Shown here piece after piece: positions 18,802 to 29,524 of a stretch of 55,544 nucleotides of DNA. Positions within the stretch are counted from its first letter, which is position 1; each line of letters starts with the position of its first letter. The DNA is taken from contig CAYWYW010000001.1 in the NCBI GenBank assembly GCA_964462715.1, forward strand, positions 1 to 55,544. Direction: 5' to 3'. The position numbers and the translations under genes were made by a program. Origin of the DNA: an uncultured Oscillibacter sp. (lineage in GTDB: Bacteria > Bacillota > Clostridia > Oscillospirales > Oscillospiraceae). A model generated the notes under the pieces. The model was not told where the DNA came from and did no database searches. It worked only from the letters and a program-made list of their open reading frames with translations.

Positions 18802-19479
18802 ATGCGGGGAAAAACAATGGGAAAACGGCTGCCGGCGAAGGAGACGCTGCGGAGCAATATTCGGGATTATATCCAGAGGCAGATCACAGAGGGCGTCTAT
18901 AAACCGGGAGACCGAATTGTCGAGACACGGCTGGCAAAGGAACTGAATGTATCCCAGGCCCCGGTGCGGGAGGCTATGCTGGAACTGGCCATCATGGGAC
19001 TGCTGGAGGAGAGACCCTACTCTGGGACATATGTCCGTAATTTGAGCGTGGCGGAAATCGAGGATATATTTGATATCCGGGCTTTCATTGAAGAATATGC
19101 GGCCAAACGGGCAGCTAAGCGCGTGACAGATGAACAATTGGCCGAGATGGAAGAAATTCTCCAGCAGATGGAACGGGATAAAGACCAGGATATGTCGGTA
19201 TTTGTTCATCTGGACATGGAATTTCACGGACTGGTGATGGACGCCGCGGGAAGTCCCGCCTTAAAGCGGGCGTGGAAGGTACTGCGCATGGCGGAGTGGA
19301 CATATATATGCGCCCTCATCACGGAGTTTTCTCTGGATGAGCTGATTGCTCAGCACAGGAATATTTTTGGCTATCTAAAAGCACATGAGGAGTCCAGCGC
19401 GGGAGCCTATATGTTCCTGCATATCAAGGGCTTTGGCAATGAATTGGCGATGTATTTTGAAAAACAGCAGAAAGCATAA
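18802..19479 (+). CDS. GntR (FCD) regulator, paralog of 13787-14494
   Basis: GDRIVETRLAKELNVSQAPVREA; shares long blocks with the first GntR. Confidence 0.92.
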   Translation: MRGKTMGKRLPAKETLRSNIRDYIQRQITEGVYKPGDRIVETRLAKELNVSQAPVREAMLELAIMGLLEERPYSGTYVRNLSVAEIEDIFDIRAFIEEYAAKRAAKRVTDEQLAEMEEILQQMERDKDQDMSVFVHLDMEFHGLVMDAAGSPALKRAWKVLRMAEWTYICALITEFSLDELIAQHRNIFGYLKAHEESSAGAYMFLHIKGFGNELAMYFEKQQKA

Positions 19480-19538
19480 GATGATATTCCTCACAAGAAA
19501 TATTTGATAAGGAAGCTTGATGGACGTTTTATAGACGA

Positions 19539-19574
19539 CAGAGGCCGGACACACTGCCATGTGTCCGGCCTCTG
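19539..19574. terminator. Hairpin between convergent genes
   Basis: CAGAGGCCGGACAC...GTGTCCGGCCTCTG. Confidence 0.6.
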
Positions 19575-19601
19575 CCTTTGGAGAAAAGAGAAATTGTAAA
19601 A

Positions 19602-20789
19602 TCAATAGCACTTACGATAGATGGCCTCTTCGCTCTCCAGATCGAAGGGATAGTAGGCGTTGGTCATCAGGCGCTGCTGGTTGGTCTCCACGGACTGGGG
19701 GAAGGCCTTGAAGTCGGCCTCGGTGAAGCCGCAGTCACGCAGGGGACGCAGGGGCAGGATGCGCTGCAGCAGGGCGTTCATCTCGGGGATGGCGTCCTTG
19801 GGCTCGCAGCCCAGAATGCCGGCCACCAGGTTCTTGAACTTCATGATCTCGCCGTCGGGGTTCTTCTCATCATAGTAGTCCATGATGGCGCCGAACAGCA
19901 TGTAGTTGGACTCGCCGTGAGGCACATGATAGGTGCCGCCCAGGGGGAAGCTCATGCCGTGGACAGGGCCGCAGCCGGCCTTCAGGAAGGCGATGCCGGC
20001 GTAGAAGGAAGCGGTGACGAACTGGTCCATGTACTCGAACCGGGCGTCGGGACCCTTCTCGTCCAGCAGCTTGAAGCCCTTCAGGATCATGTCCATGGCC
20101 TTCTCGCTGAACAGCTCGGAGGTGATGGTCTTGCGGTGGGGGCTCAGGAAGGACTCGGTGGCATGCACCAGAGCGTCGATGGCAGAGCAGGCGAAGGGCT
20201 TGTAGGGCAGGGTGAGCAGCAGGTCGGGGATCAGGCAGACCTTGTTGGGGATGATATCGTCGGAAACTAGACCCAGCTTGGTCTCGCCGCCGGTCAGCAC
20301 GCCGTCCTTCTCATCCTTGACGATAGCCACGGAGATGTTGGTGCACTCGGAGCCGGTGCCGCAGGTGGTGGGGATGGCGATGACGTCCTTCTCGTGGACG
20401 ACGGGGAAACGCTTGAAGTACAGGTTGTGCACGGTGTCGGGACGCTTGCAGCCCAGCAGCTTGCACAGGTCCATGATGGCGCCGCCGCCCACGGCGATGA
20501 CACGGTCATAGCTGTCGTAGGGGATGGCGTCGTACATGGTCTGGATCATGGCCTCGGAGGGCTCACCGGCGCCGAACTTCTCCTGGAACACGAACTGGCA
20601 CTTCAGGCCCAGCTCCTCCATGAAGGGCTTGTAGATGAACTCGTTGGTCAGGACCACGTCGCGGTCGTTCAGCTTGAACTCCTCCGCCATCTGGGCGAAG
20701 GTCTGGAACTTGTACACGGTGGGAGCGAAAATGATCTCGCGCTTATCGGCCATCAGAGAGGCGGAAAAAGCGTCCATTGCTTTAGCCAT
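19602..20789 (-). CDS. Fe-containing alcohol dehydrogenase, 4-hydroxybutyrate dehydrogenase-like
   Basis: AVGGGAIMD, IPTTCGTGSE, DALVHATES, HVPHGE; overall layout resembles clostridial 4HbD/AbfH. Confidence 0.8.
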   Translation of the reverse strand: MAKAMDAFSASLMADKREIIFAPTVYKFQTFAQMAEEFKLNDRDVVLTNEFIYKPFMEELGLKCQFVFQEKFGAGEPSEAMIQTMYDAIPYDSYDRVIAVGGGAIMDLCKLLGCKRPDTVHNLYFKRFPVVHEKDVIAIPTTCGTGSECTNISVAIVKDEKDGVLTGGETKLGLVSDDIIPNKVCLIPDLLLTLPYKPFACSAIDALVHATESFLSPHRKTITSELFSEKAMDMILKGFKLLDEKGPDARFEYMDQFVTASFYAGIAFLKAGCGPVHGMSFPLGGTYHVPHGESNYMLFGAIMDYYDEKNPDGEIMKFKNLVAGILGCEPKDAIPEMNALLQRILPLRPLRDCGFTEADFKAFPQSVETNQQRLMTNAYYPFDLESEEAIYRKCY

Positions 20790-20925
20790 AATACATTTCT
20801 CCTTGAATACGAAATATAGAGTCTTGTCTCGCGCAGACTGGCCGGAGGGAACTGAGTTAGAAGTATCCTAACATAGTTCCTCCGGCAAGCCTACTTAGGA
20901 AGAAAGAGAAAAGAAAGGGAATAGG

Positions 20926-22320
20926 TTACTTACGGGCCTTGGGGGCGTGGACACTGTTGCCATGGCAGGCGTGAGCGGCTTCCATGATAGCCTCACTTAC
21001 TGTGGGGTGGGGGTGGACCGTGCTGCCAATCTCGCTGATGGTGCCCTCGCATTCCATGACGGCTGCCACCTCGGCGGCCAGGTCCGTGGCCCGGGGACCG
21101 ATCACATGGAAGCCCAGGATCTCCTCCGTGGCCTTGTCGAACACGAACTTCACAAAGCCCTTGTTCTCGCCCATAGTCAGAGCCTTGCCATTACCGGACA
21201 GGTTGAATACGCCGGTGCCCACGTCTTTGCCGGTTGCCCGGGCCTGCTCCTCGGTGAGACCCACCATGGCGGTCTCCGGATTGCAGTAGACGCAGGAGGG
21301 GATACGGTTCAGGTTCAGCTGCTTGCAGGGCTTGCCCGCAATGTGGTCTGCCACCATAGTGCCCTGAGCGGTAGCCACATGGGCCAGCTGCATCTTGCCG
21401 TTGATGTCGCCAATGGCGTAGACGCCGGGGACATTGGTGCGGCACAGGCCGTCCACGTCCACGAAGCCCTTTCGATCCATCTTCACGCCGATGGTGTCCA
21501 GGCCGATTCCCTTGGTGTTGGGGATGCGGCCGCCGGCCATGAGGACTACGTCGCCCTCGGCTGTGCCCTTGGCACCATCCTTCACGGCGGCATAGTTGAC
21601 CTTCAGGCCCGGTTCAATGGACTCCACCTTCACGCCCAGCACCAGCTCCACGCCGCACTTCTTCAATTCGGTCTCCACGAAGTCGGTGACGTCCTTGTCC
21701 AGAGGACCCAGGACCCGGTCCAGCATCTCCACGATGGTGACCTTCACGCCCAGGCGATAGAAGAAGGTGGCGAACTCAACGCCGATGACGCCGCCACCCA
21801 CGATAATAATGTGCTTTGGACAGGTGGTCATGTTCAGAAGGCCAGTGGAGTCCACCACGCCCGGCAGGTCCACGCCGGGGATGGGGATGCGGGCGGGGTT
21901 GGAGCCGGTAGCCACGATCAGGTGGTCGCAGGACAGGGTCTCACCGTTGTTCAGATCAACGGTATTGCGGTCCGCCAGAGTGGCACGTGCCTTGAAAACT
22001 GTCACGCCGTGGTTCTTTTCCAAAAAGGCGATGCCGTTGCTCAGCTGCCTGGAGACGGCGTTCTTCCGCTCAATGATCTTGGCGTAGTCAAAGGTGACGT
22101 TTCCGGCGGTGACGCCGAAATCGCCGCCATGGGTGGCGTCGTAGTACACGTCGGCGGAGTGGAGCAGAGTCTTGGTGGGGATGCAGCCCCGGTTCAGACA
22201 GGTGCCGCCCAGCTCGCCTTCCTCCACCAGAGCGGTCTTCAGACCGTTCTGGCTCAGACGGATGGCGCAGGCATAGCCGCCGGGGCCTCCGCCCACGACG
22301 ACAGCATCAAATTTCTGCAT
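20926..22320 (-). CDS. lpdA: Dihydrolipoamide dehydrogenase (E3)
   Basis: GGGPGGY, GGTCLNRGCIPTK, HPHPTVSE. Confidence 0.95.
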   Translation of the reverse strand: MQKFDAVVVGGGPGGYACAIRLSQNGLKTALVEEGELGGTCLNRGCIPTKTLLHSADVYYDATHGGDFGVTAGNVTFDYAKIIERKNAVSRQLSNGIAFLEKNHGVTVFKARATLADRNTVDLNNGETLSCDHLIVATGSNPARIPIPGVDLPGVVDSTGLLNMTTCPKHIIIVGGGVIGVEFATFFYRLGVKVTIVEMLDRVLGPLDKDVTDFVETELKKCGVELVLGVKVESIEPGLKVNYAAVKDGAKGTAEGDVVLMAGGRIPNTKGIGLDTIGVKMDRKGFVDVDGLCRTNVPGVYAIGDINGKMQLAHVATAQGTMVADHIAGKPCKQLNLNRIPSCVYCNPETAMVGLTEEQARATGKDVGTGVFNLSGNGKALTMGENKGFVKFVFDKATEEILGFHVIGPRATDLAAEVAAVMECEGTISEIGSTVHPHPTVSEAIMEAAHACHGNSVHAPKARK

Positions 22321-22333
22321 AGCGTGTCCCTCC

Positions 22334-24100
22334 TTAAATCAGAAGCACCGGGTTCTGCAAGTAGCCCTTCAGCTTCTGCAGGAACTTGGCGGCCTCGGCG
22401 CCGTCGATGATGCGGTGGTCATAGCTCAGACACAGGGCACACATGGACTTGATGACGATCTCGTCCTCGCCCTCGTCGTTGGTGACCACCACAGGGGTCT
22501 TGGCGATCTTGCCGACGGCCAGAATGGCGGACTCGGGAGGATTGATGATGGCGACGAAGTCATCCAGGTCGAACATGCCCAGGGAGGACACGGTGAAGGT
22601 GCCGCCGTGGTAATCGGCGTCGGTCAGCTTGCCGTCCCGGGCCTTCTCAATCAGCTCAGTGGACTTGGCAGCGATGCCGGAGAGGCCGATGATGTCGGCG
22701 TCCTTGATGACGGGGACGATCAGGCCGCCGGGGACAGAGACAGCGGTGCCCACGTTCACATAGTCGTGATAAACGATGGTGTTACCGTCCACGGAGGCGT
22801 TGACGATGGGCATATCGGTCAGAGCCTTGGCGCAGGCCCGGACGATGATGTCGTTGTAGGAGACCTTGATGCCCAGATCCTTGTACTGCTTGCGCAGGGC
22901 GATGGCGGCGGTCATGTCCACCACCATCCGGTGATTGGTCTGGGCATTGGTGGACTTGCTGGCCAGCATATTCTTGCTGATGGCCTTGCGCATACCGCTC
23001 ATCTTCTCGGTATGTGTACCACGGGTCAACTGACCTGCGGGAGCCTCAACAGTGGCAGGAGCAGTATCGGCTGCGGGCGCGGCGGCAGGAGCAGATACAG
23101 GCACAGCAGGAGCAGCCGCGGGAGCAGCGCCGGGCAGGTCGGCGGTGGTGATCTTGCCGTTTGTGCCGGTGCCGGTGATGCCGGACAGGTCGATGCCCTG
23201 GGCCTTGGCAACGTTGGCGGCCAGAGGCGTGACGGCGGGCTTGTTGGTGATATAGCCCATCACATCCCGGTCGATGATGTAATCGTCTGGCCCGGTAGCG
23301 GGAACATAGGCCAGATCCACGCCGTTTTCCTCCGCGTGCAGCCGGGCACGGGGAGAAGCCCAAATTCTGGCGTTGGGGTCACGGACGGGAACAGCGGCGG
23401 GTGCAGCAGGAACAGTAGCAGGGGCAGCTGCGGGTGCAGGAGCGGCAGGCGCGGCCGCGGGAGCAGCGCCGCCCGCGAAGCCGGACACATCGGTCCCCGC
23501 CTCGCCCACGATAGCGATAGGCTCGGTAATGGGCACCACATCACCCTCGGGATGAAGGATCTTCAGCATGGTACCGGAGACTTCGGCATCCATGGTGATG
23601 GTCAGCTTGTCGGTTTCCATCTCAAACAGAGGCTTGCCTGCAGTGACCTGCTCGCCCTCTTTGACCAGCCACTTGATGATGGTACCTTCGGTCATCATCA
23701 GACCCTGCTTGGGCATGATGACCAGAGAAGCGGAAGCAGGCAGCTCTGCGGGAGCCGCAGCAGGTGCGGGAGCTGCAGCAGGGGCGGGAACCTCAGTAGT
23801 GGGAGCAGGAGCGGCGGCAGGAGCGGGAGCCTCACCGCCCAGCAGGGCGGAGATGTCCTCGCCGGGAGTACCGACGATGGCGATGGGCTGAGTGATGGGC
23901 ACCACGTCGCCTGCGGGATGGATAATCTTCAGCAGGGTGCCGGAAACCTCGGCATCCATGGTAATGGTCAGCTTGTCGGTCTCCATCTCAAACAGAGGCG
24001 CGCCGGCAACGACCTCTTCGCCTTCCTTCTTCAGCCAGCTTGTGATGGTGCCTTCGGTCATCATCAGACCCTGCTTGGGCATAATTACGATAGAAGCCAT
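22334..24100 (-). CDS. 2-oxoacid dehydrogenase E2 acyltransferase with two lipoyl domains
   Basis: Two EMETDKLT lipoyl motifs, Ala/Pro linkers, two E3-binding-like segments, DHRIIDG. Confidence 0.93.
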   Translation of the reverse strand: MASIVIMPKQGLMMTEGTITSWLKKEGEEVVAGAPLFEMETDKLTITMDAEVSGTLLKIIHPAGDVVPITQPIAIVGTPGEDISALLGGEAPAPAAAPAPTTEVPAPAAAPAPAAAPAELPASASLVIMPKQGLMMTEGTIIKWLVKEGEQVTAGKPLFEMETDKLTITMDAEVSGTMLKILHPEGDVVPITEPIAIVGEAGTDVSGFAGGAAPAAAPAAPAPAAAPATVPAAPAAVPVRDPNARIWASPRARLHAEENGVDLAYVPATGPDDYIIDRDVMGYITNKPAVTPLAANVAKAQGIDLSGITGTGTNGKITTADLPGAAPAAAPAVPVSAPAAAPAADTAPATVEAPAGQLTRGTHTEKMSGMRKAISKNMLASKSTNAQTNHRMVVDMTAAIALRKQYKDLGIKVSYNDIIVRACAKALTDMPIVNASVDGNTIVYHDYVNVGTAVSVPGGLIVPVIKDADIIGLSGIAAKSTELIEKARDGKLTDADYHGGTFTVSSLGMFDLDDFVAIINPPESAILAVGKIAKTPVVVTNDEGEDEIVIKSMCALCLSYDHRIIDGAEAAKFLQKLKGYLQNPVLLI

Positions 24101-24118
24101 GGTGGAAGCTCCTTTCTG

Positions 24119-25099
24119 TTAGCGGTACATGGTGGCCTTGCAGGCGTCCACGATCTCCTTCACGCTGGGGATAACGGCAGCTTCCAAACCGGGGTTGAAG
24201 GGCAGGGGGCAGGGCTTGGCACCCAGGTGAATGGGAGCGGCGTCCAGATAACGGAATGCGCGCTTGCTGACCTCAGCGATGACCTGAGCGCCCCAGCCGC
24301 AGTTCTGATGCGCCTCGTGGACCACCACCAGGCGGCCGGTCTTCTTCACGCTCTCCGTCACGGTGTCATAGTCGAAGGGAACCAGAGTGCGGGGGTCAAT
24401 GACCTCGACGGAAATGCCTTCCTTGGCCAGCTCCTCAGCGGCTTCCAAAGCGCGGCTGACATACAGCAGGTTGGTGACGATGGTGACATCGGTGCCTTCG
24501 CGCTTGATGTCGGCCTTGCCGAAGGGGATGCAGAAATCGGGATCATCGGGCACCTCGCCCTTGGTGATGTACAGAGCCTTGTGCTCAAAGAAGCAGACAG
24601 GGTTGTCGTCCCGGATGGCGGTACGCAGCAGGCCGGCGGCCTCAGCGGGGGTAGAGGGGCAGGCAACCTTCACGCCGGGAATATGCATGAAAATGGTCTC
24701 CAGAGACTGGGAGTGGGTGGCAGCGTTGCCGCGGCCGGTACCCTGCTGGCTGCGCAGAACGATAGGCAGCTTGGCGTTGCCGCCGAAGACATAGCGGGTC
24801 TTGCACATCTGGTTGAAGATCTGATCGGCAGCCACGAAGGCGAAGTCCCAGTACATCAGCTCTGCGATGGGACGCATACCAGCGGATGCTGCACCCACTG
24901 CGGCGCCGACGATGGCAGATTCCGAAATAGGAGTGTTGCGGATGCGGTCCGTGCCGAATTCCTTATACAGGTCACGGGTGGTGCCGAATACACCGCCCAG
25001 CTTTTCCACGTCCTCGCCCATGACGAAGACCTTGTCATCGCGCCGCATTTCTTCCTGAATGACCTTGCGGACCGCCTGTGCGTAAGTCATATTAGCCAT
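24119..25099 (-). CDS. TPP-dependent dehydrogenase E1 beta (acetoin/pyruvate type)
   Basis: GEDV, NTPISE, HSQSLE, DPRTLVP. Confidence 0.93.
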   Translation of the reverse strand: MANMTYAQAVRKVIQEEMRRDDKVFVMGEDVEKLGGVFGTTRDLYKEFGTDRIRNTPISESAIVGAAVGAASAGMRPIAELMYWDFAFVAADQIFNQMCKTRYVFGGNAKLPIVLRSQQGTGRGNAATHSQSLETIFMHIPGVKVACPSTPAEAAGLLRTAIRDDNPVCFFEHKALYITKGEVPDDPDFCIPFGKADIKREGTDVTIVTNLLYVSRALEAAEELAKEGISVEVIDPRTLVPFDYDTVTESVKKTGRLVVVHEAHQNCGWGAQVIAEVSKRAFRYLDAAPIHLGAKPCPLPFNPGLEAAVIPSVKEIVDACKATMYR

Positions 25100-25113
25100 G
25101 ATTTCGTACCCCC

Positions 25114-26079
25114 TTAACCTTCATAGAACACATCGTCCAGAACGTGGGCCGGATCGGGCTCCGGGCTGTTCATGGCGAATTCCACGGCCTTGGCCATCTT
25201 TTCGGCGGCAGCCGCATCGATCTCATCCAGCTCCTTCTTGGTAGCCAGCTTGTGCTTGATCAGATATTCCCGGAAGCGCTTGATGGGGTCCTTGTTCTGC
25301 TTCCAGTCTTCCACTTCCTCACGGGTGCGGTAGACCTCGGGGTCGCCGGTCCAGTGGCCGCGCCAACGGTAGGTCTTGCACTCGATGATGGAGGGGCCCT
25401 CGCCCTTCAGTGCACGCTCCTTGGCCCGGGCAAAGGCCTCGTACACGGCCACCACGTCGTTGCCGTCCACAGTCTCGCCGGGGATGCCATAGGCAGCGCC
25501 GCGGACAGAGATATCCTCAACAGAGGTGGACTGCCACACGGGCACGGTCATGCCAAACTGGTTGTTCTCCACGACGTAGATGCAGGGCAGCTTCCAGACA
25601 GCGGCCATGTTGATGGACTCGTGGAAGGTACCCTGGTTGGAGGCACCGTCACCGAAGAAAGCCACAGCCACGTTGGGCTTGTTCTGCAGCTTCAGGGCCA
25701 GAGCGCCGCCGGTGGCGATGGGGATACCGCCGCCCACGATGGCGTTGGCACCCAGATTGCCCTTGGTGAAATCGGCAATGTGCATGGAGCCGCTGCGGCC
25801 CTTGCAGTAGCCGGTAGCCTTGCCCATCAGCTCCGCCAGAGCGCGATCCAGCTCGGCGCCCTTGGCGATGCAGTGGCCGTGGCCGCGGTGAGTGGATGCG
25901 ATCAGGTCCTCATCCGTCAGCTGGGCGCAGACAGAGGCGGCCACAGCCTCCTCGCCGGTGTACAGGTGAACGGAGCCGCGCAGCTTGTTCTCGGTGAACA
26001 GCGTCCACGCCGTCTCCTCGAAGTCTCGGATCTCGTTCATCTTGTTATAGATCCAAAGACCGGTTTTCTTGTCGATCAT
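25114..26079 (-). CDS. TPP-dependent dehydrogenase E1 alpha (acetoin/pyruvate type)
   Basis: HLYTGEEA, STHRGHGH, GDGA-x-N TPP motif, YRWRGH. Confidence 0.93.
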   Translation of the reverse strand: MIDKKTGLWIYNKMNEIRDFEETAWTLFTENKLRGSVHLYTGEEAVAASVCAQLTDEDLIASTHRGHGHCIAKGAELDRALAELMGKATGYCKGRSGSMHIADFTKGNLGANAIVGGGIPIATGGALALKLQNKPNVAVAFFGDGASNQGTFHESINMAAVWKLPCIYVVENNQFGMTVPVWQSTSVEDISVRGAAYGIPGETVDGNDVVAVYEAFARAKERALKGEGPSIIECKTYRWRGHWTGDPEVYRTREEVEDWKQNKDPIKRFREYLIKHKLATKKELDEIDAAAAEKMAKAVEFAMNSPEPDPAHVLDDVFYEG

Positions 26080-26127
26080 AATGAAAGAACACCTCCATCA
26101 ATATTATAAAAAGCTAGTTGCTCTGGG

Positions 26128-27198
26128 TTAACGGATATCGGTTTGCGAAATGTCTGAGGATATCGCATCTGGAATCAAAACAGCCTTGTAGACCGTCTTT
26201 CGTTCTGCCGCATCAAAACCCTCTTTCCAACGGGAAAGGGGGAGGGTCAAGGAGACAAATGGTTCCATGGTGATTTTTCCTTCAGCCAGAAGGGTCAACA
26301 TGGTTTTCCAGGCGGAAAGGGAAGAGGAGTTAGAAGGAACATAAAGGACCTCACGGTTGAATAGGTCGTCCAGCCGGCAGGGAACCTTTCCGCCGAACAT
26401 GCCAATCTGCAGATGTGTCCCCAGAGGACGGATGACCTGCATGCAACTTTCTAAAGAGGGAATCAGGCCGGTTGCTTCACAGGTGATGTCTGCCCCATTG
26501 GGACTCCGAGAAAAGACGGCCTCCTTCAGGGATTCTAGGCTAGTGACTGTTTCATCGGCTCCCAAGGATTTGGCAAGTCTCAGCTTTTCTTCATCCTGAG
26601 GGAGACCAGAGAGAATTACGTAGGCCCCGCGGGCTTTAAAGGCCTGGACAGCAAACTGGCCCATGATGCCAGGGCCGCTGACTACCACGATGTTTCCCGG
26701 AGTGACATTGATCTTTTCATAGACGCCGCGGATGATGCAGGCCAAGGGCTCTGCAAGGGCGTATGAGATTTTCTCCTGTAGAGAGACGGCGGTATCCGGA
26801 ATGTGGAAAGAATACCTGGCGGGGACCACCAGATATTCGGCCATGGTGCCGTTGGTGTGAAAGCCCAAAGACCGATGGGACCTGCAGAGCGTTACCAGGC
26901 CGGCCTTGCACAGCTCACAGGTGCCACAGTTATAGCAGGCTGGGATGGTGAGGACCCAATCACCGGGCTTGAAGCCGCAGGCATCACCGCGGGTCTCCGT
27001 TACCTGTCCCACATATTCGTGGCCCAGGGTAACAGGGGGGATGGTCTCCCGTTCGTCGCAGATGGCGTGGATATCGCTGCCGCAGATTCCGGCAGCGAGA
27101 ACACGGACCTTCAGCTCACCGTCTCCGGGGACGGGCTCCGGGATATCCCGCAGTTCCACATTCTGTGCACCAGGGGCGAATTTGACCAGGGCTTTCAT
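26128..27198 (-). CDS. Zn-dependent (sugar) alcohol dehydrogenase, MDR family
   Basis: GICGSD, GHE, structural Zn CxxCxxC...C, GPGIMG. Confidence 0.9.
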   Translation of the reverse strand: MKALVKFAPGAQNVELRDIPEPVPGDGELKVRVLAAGICGSDIHAICDERETIPPVTLGHEYVGQVTETRGDACGFKPGDWVLTIPACYNCGTCELCKAGLVTLCRSHRSLGFHTNGTMAEYLVVPARYSFHIPDTAVSLQEKISYALAEPLACIIRGVYEKINVTPGNIVVVSGPGIMGQFAVQAFKARGAYVILSGLPQDEEKLRLAKSLGADETVTSLESLKEAVFSRSPNGADITCEATGLIPSLESCMQVIRPLGTHLQIGMFGGKVPCRLDDLFNREVLYVPSNSSSLSAWKTMLTLLAEGKITMEPFVSLTLPLSRWKEGFDAAERKTVYKAVLIPDAISSDISQTDIR

Positions 27199-27277
27199 GA
27201 TACTACCTCCCGCAAAGCGGCGGACACTGCCAAATGGGCAGAGAAGGTCCGTTGGACTGAAACTATGATAACATACA

Positions 27278-27291
27278 GATTATCGATAATC
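27278..27291. promoter_or_regulatory. Perfect palindrome, putative GntR operator
   Basis: GATTATCGATAATC upstream of the ADH/E1 operon. Confidence 0.65.
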
Positions 27292-27525
27292 AAGTATTGA
27301 TAATGAAAGCGCTGCTCCAAATGTTGCGGAGCTTTTTTGTGCAGAATGGAAAGGCGAGACCTGACTGCTGCTGACAGGACGAGGGGGGACATGGATGAGA
27401 GCGCTGTTTTTGCGGACAAAACTGCCGATAAGGAGTTGTTTATAAGTTGACAGTCTGTTATAATCTCGTTAAAAATAATCAGTTATCGAGGCGTTGACAG
27501 GCTGGAGAGAAAGGAAGTCTGGGAT

Positions 27526-28080
27526 ATGGAGCAGAGAAAAACAGCGGTCGTCTATGCCACCAGGAATGGAAGTACCAAGCGGTATGCCGAGTGGATCGCC
27601 CGGGACTGCGGCGCGGATCTGATCCCGCTGGAGGAGGCGGTCATCGATCGGCTGACGCTGTATGAAACGCTGGTATACGGCGGCTGTGTCTATTCGGGCG
27701 CTATCCAGGGAATATCCTTTATTAAAAATAACCGGGATCTGCTGGAGCGTGTACAACTGGTGGTTTTTACCGTGGGATTGACCCAGCCTGGGGATGAGGC
27801 GGCGTTTGCCCAGGTGTTGGACCGGAACTTTACTGAGGAGGAGCGGAGAGGCATCCGGTTCTTCCATTTCCCCGGGGCACTGGATTATAAGAAGATGAAT
27901 TTTCTGCAAAAAGGCATGATGCGGCTCCTGAAAAAATCTATCCAGAAAAAGCCTCCGGAGGCCCGCAGCCAGATCGAAGGATATATTCTGGAGTCCTATG
28001 GCGGTAAGGTGGACTTCACCAACGCCGCTTACGTCAAACCTCTGGTGAAATATGTCCGTTCGGGCAGGGAGAACGCATGA
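27526..28080 (+). CDS. Flavodoxin-domain protein (HemG-like)
   Basis: VYATRNGSTKRYAEWI FMN-binding loop; YGGCVYSG. Confidence 0.85.
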   Translation: MEQRKTAVVYATRNGSTKRYAEWIARDCGADLIPLEEAVIDRLTLYETLVYGGCVYSGAIQGISFIKNNRDLLERVQLVVFTVGLTQPGDEAAFAQVLDRNFTEEERRGIRFFHFPGALDYKKMNFLQKGMMRLLKKSIQKKPPEARSQIEGYILESYGGKVDFTNAAYVKPLVKYVRSGRENA

Positions 28081-29090
28081 AAAGGTGGCGGTTTGGGTTT
28101 TATGCCCTGGATCTTGTGATCGTCCTGTGCATTGGAGCACTTTTGCTTCAGGTGCTGCAACAGTCTGGTTCGGGTGGAAAGGAAGAGGCCGGTGAGATGC
28201 ACTTTGTCCTGATCGTGCCATCCCAGGACAGCGAAGAGGGCAATGTGCGGGAATCTGCGGAACGGCTGGCGGAGCGGTACCAGCTGGACATTGAGTTTCA
28301 TGCTTTTTCCACCGTGGCGGAGCAGAAGCAAATGCTGCGGGTGCTGCCGGAGACCAATGTAGACGGCGTTCTGCTGTGGCCGATTTCTGTCAGTGACGAT
28401 GACTACCGGGAAGAACTGACTGCTCTCCGGAATGCCGGCATCCCCATTGTGGTGATGGAGCGGGATGTGGCGCAGGGACTGCGCAGCAGCTTTGTGGGAA
28501 GCGGGACCTCCTCTGACCTGGTGGTGCTGAACCAGAGCTTAAAGTCGCTGCGGGATGATGACTCCGTCGTGGTGGGAAATCTGTCTGGCAGCGGCAGCAG
28601 CCAGATCGTGGAACTGCTGTTTTTCAGGAAGGTGCCTTCGGGAGAGGTGGAGGAGGACCTTCTGATCGACAAAAAACTCCGCCAGATGGCTGAAACACCC
28701 CCGGACGGGTATCAGGTGGTGGATTATATGCGGCTGGAGGGTAAAAGTGCGCAGTCTCTGAACCTCAAATACGCTCTGATCAATCTCTTTTCGGATGAAG
28801 ATGCGCCGGAGCTGTTTTTCAGCCTGGATAATACGCTGTCAGCCACCGCTATTTCTGCCAAGAAGAGCAGTATTCTGACCAATAGGATCAGCAGCCAATT
28901 GCTTTGCTACGGAGAGGTCTCCCAATATCAGGAGAGCTTGGACAGCGGTATTCTGAATGGCCTGGTCACTTCCAGACCCGGCGTTTCGGCCGCCATCGGT
29001 ATCCGTTATCTGCGGGATATCTGCCGTGATTTTTGGATCCCGGAGACCATGGACTCAGGCATTGATTTTTTGACATCCGATGCGGCGTGA
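28077..29090 (+). CDS. Membrane-anchored sugar-binding-protein-like sensor accessory
   Basis: N-terminal TM helix; VDGVLLWP and GIPIVVMERD resemble the periplasmic binding fold; lies upstream of the HK. Confidence 0.65.
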   Translation: MKRWRFGFYALDLVIVLCIGALLLQVLQQSGSGGKEEAGEMHFVLIVPSQDSEEGNVRESAERLAERYQLDIEFHAFSTVAEQKQMLRVLPETNVDGVLLWPISVSDDDYREELTALRNAGIPIVVMERDVAQGLRSSFVGSGTSSDLVVLNQSLKSLRDDDSVVVGNLSGSGSSQIVELLFFRKVPSGEVEEDLLIDKKLRQMAETPPDGYQVVDYMRLEGKSAQSLNLKYALINLFSDEDAPELFFSLDNTLSATAISAKKSSILTNRISSQLLCYGEVSQYQESLDSGILNGLVTSRPGVSAAIGIRYLRDICRDFWIPETMDSGIDFLTSDAA

Positions 29091-29101
29091 GGAGAAGTGG
29101 C

Positions 29102-29524
29102 ATGAATGATTTGGAGCAAAAACTGTATACCAAGGGACTGGAGAATCTCTACGGGAGCGTTTTGCTGGGAGAAGAATGCGCTTTGAATCACATTGAGAAC
29201 CTGGTGTATCTGACCCGTGAACTGACGGCTCCGCCGCTGTCCAGACTGCCGGTATCAGAGGAGACCGCTTTTATTCAGGGCTTCTGCGCGGCCTGCTGGC
29301 CGGATGCTCCGTTCAGTGTCCGTCTGGAAGGGGCGGTGGCTGCCCGGCAGGTCCTCCGCCGGCAGCTGAGTGGTCCGGTGTGCCGGCTGCTGCTGAAACT
29401 GGAGCGGCACGGAAAGATCCCGGAGAAGATGGTGGTGTGGCAGGAAGATGGGATCGTGTCTTACCGGCTGGAAAGCGGCGGGCGCATGTGTGCGCAGGGA
29501 GTGGCTGCTGATGAACAAGACTGA
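29102..29524 (+). CDS. Hypothetical protein, degenerate histidine-kinase-like
   Basis: Overlapping stop/start with the next gene; weak resemblance to the His_kinase region of the adjacent HK. Confidence 0.55.
   Translation: MNDLEQKLYTKGLENLYGSVLLGEECALNHIENLVYLTRELTAPPLSRLPVSEETAFIQGFCAACWPDAPFSVRLEGAVAARQVLRRQLSGPVCRLLLKLERHGKIPEKMVVWQEDGIVSYRLESGGRMCAQGVAADEQD

Noticed and set aside
23480-24100. Internal near-duplicate DNA and Ala/Pro-rich repeats
   Set aside because: Explained by the tandem lipoyl domains and linkers of the E2 subunit
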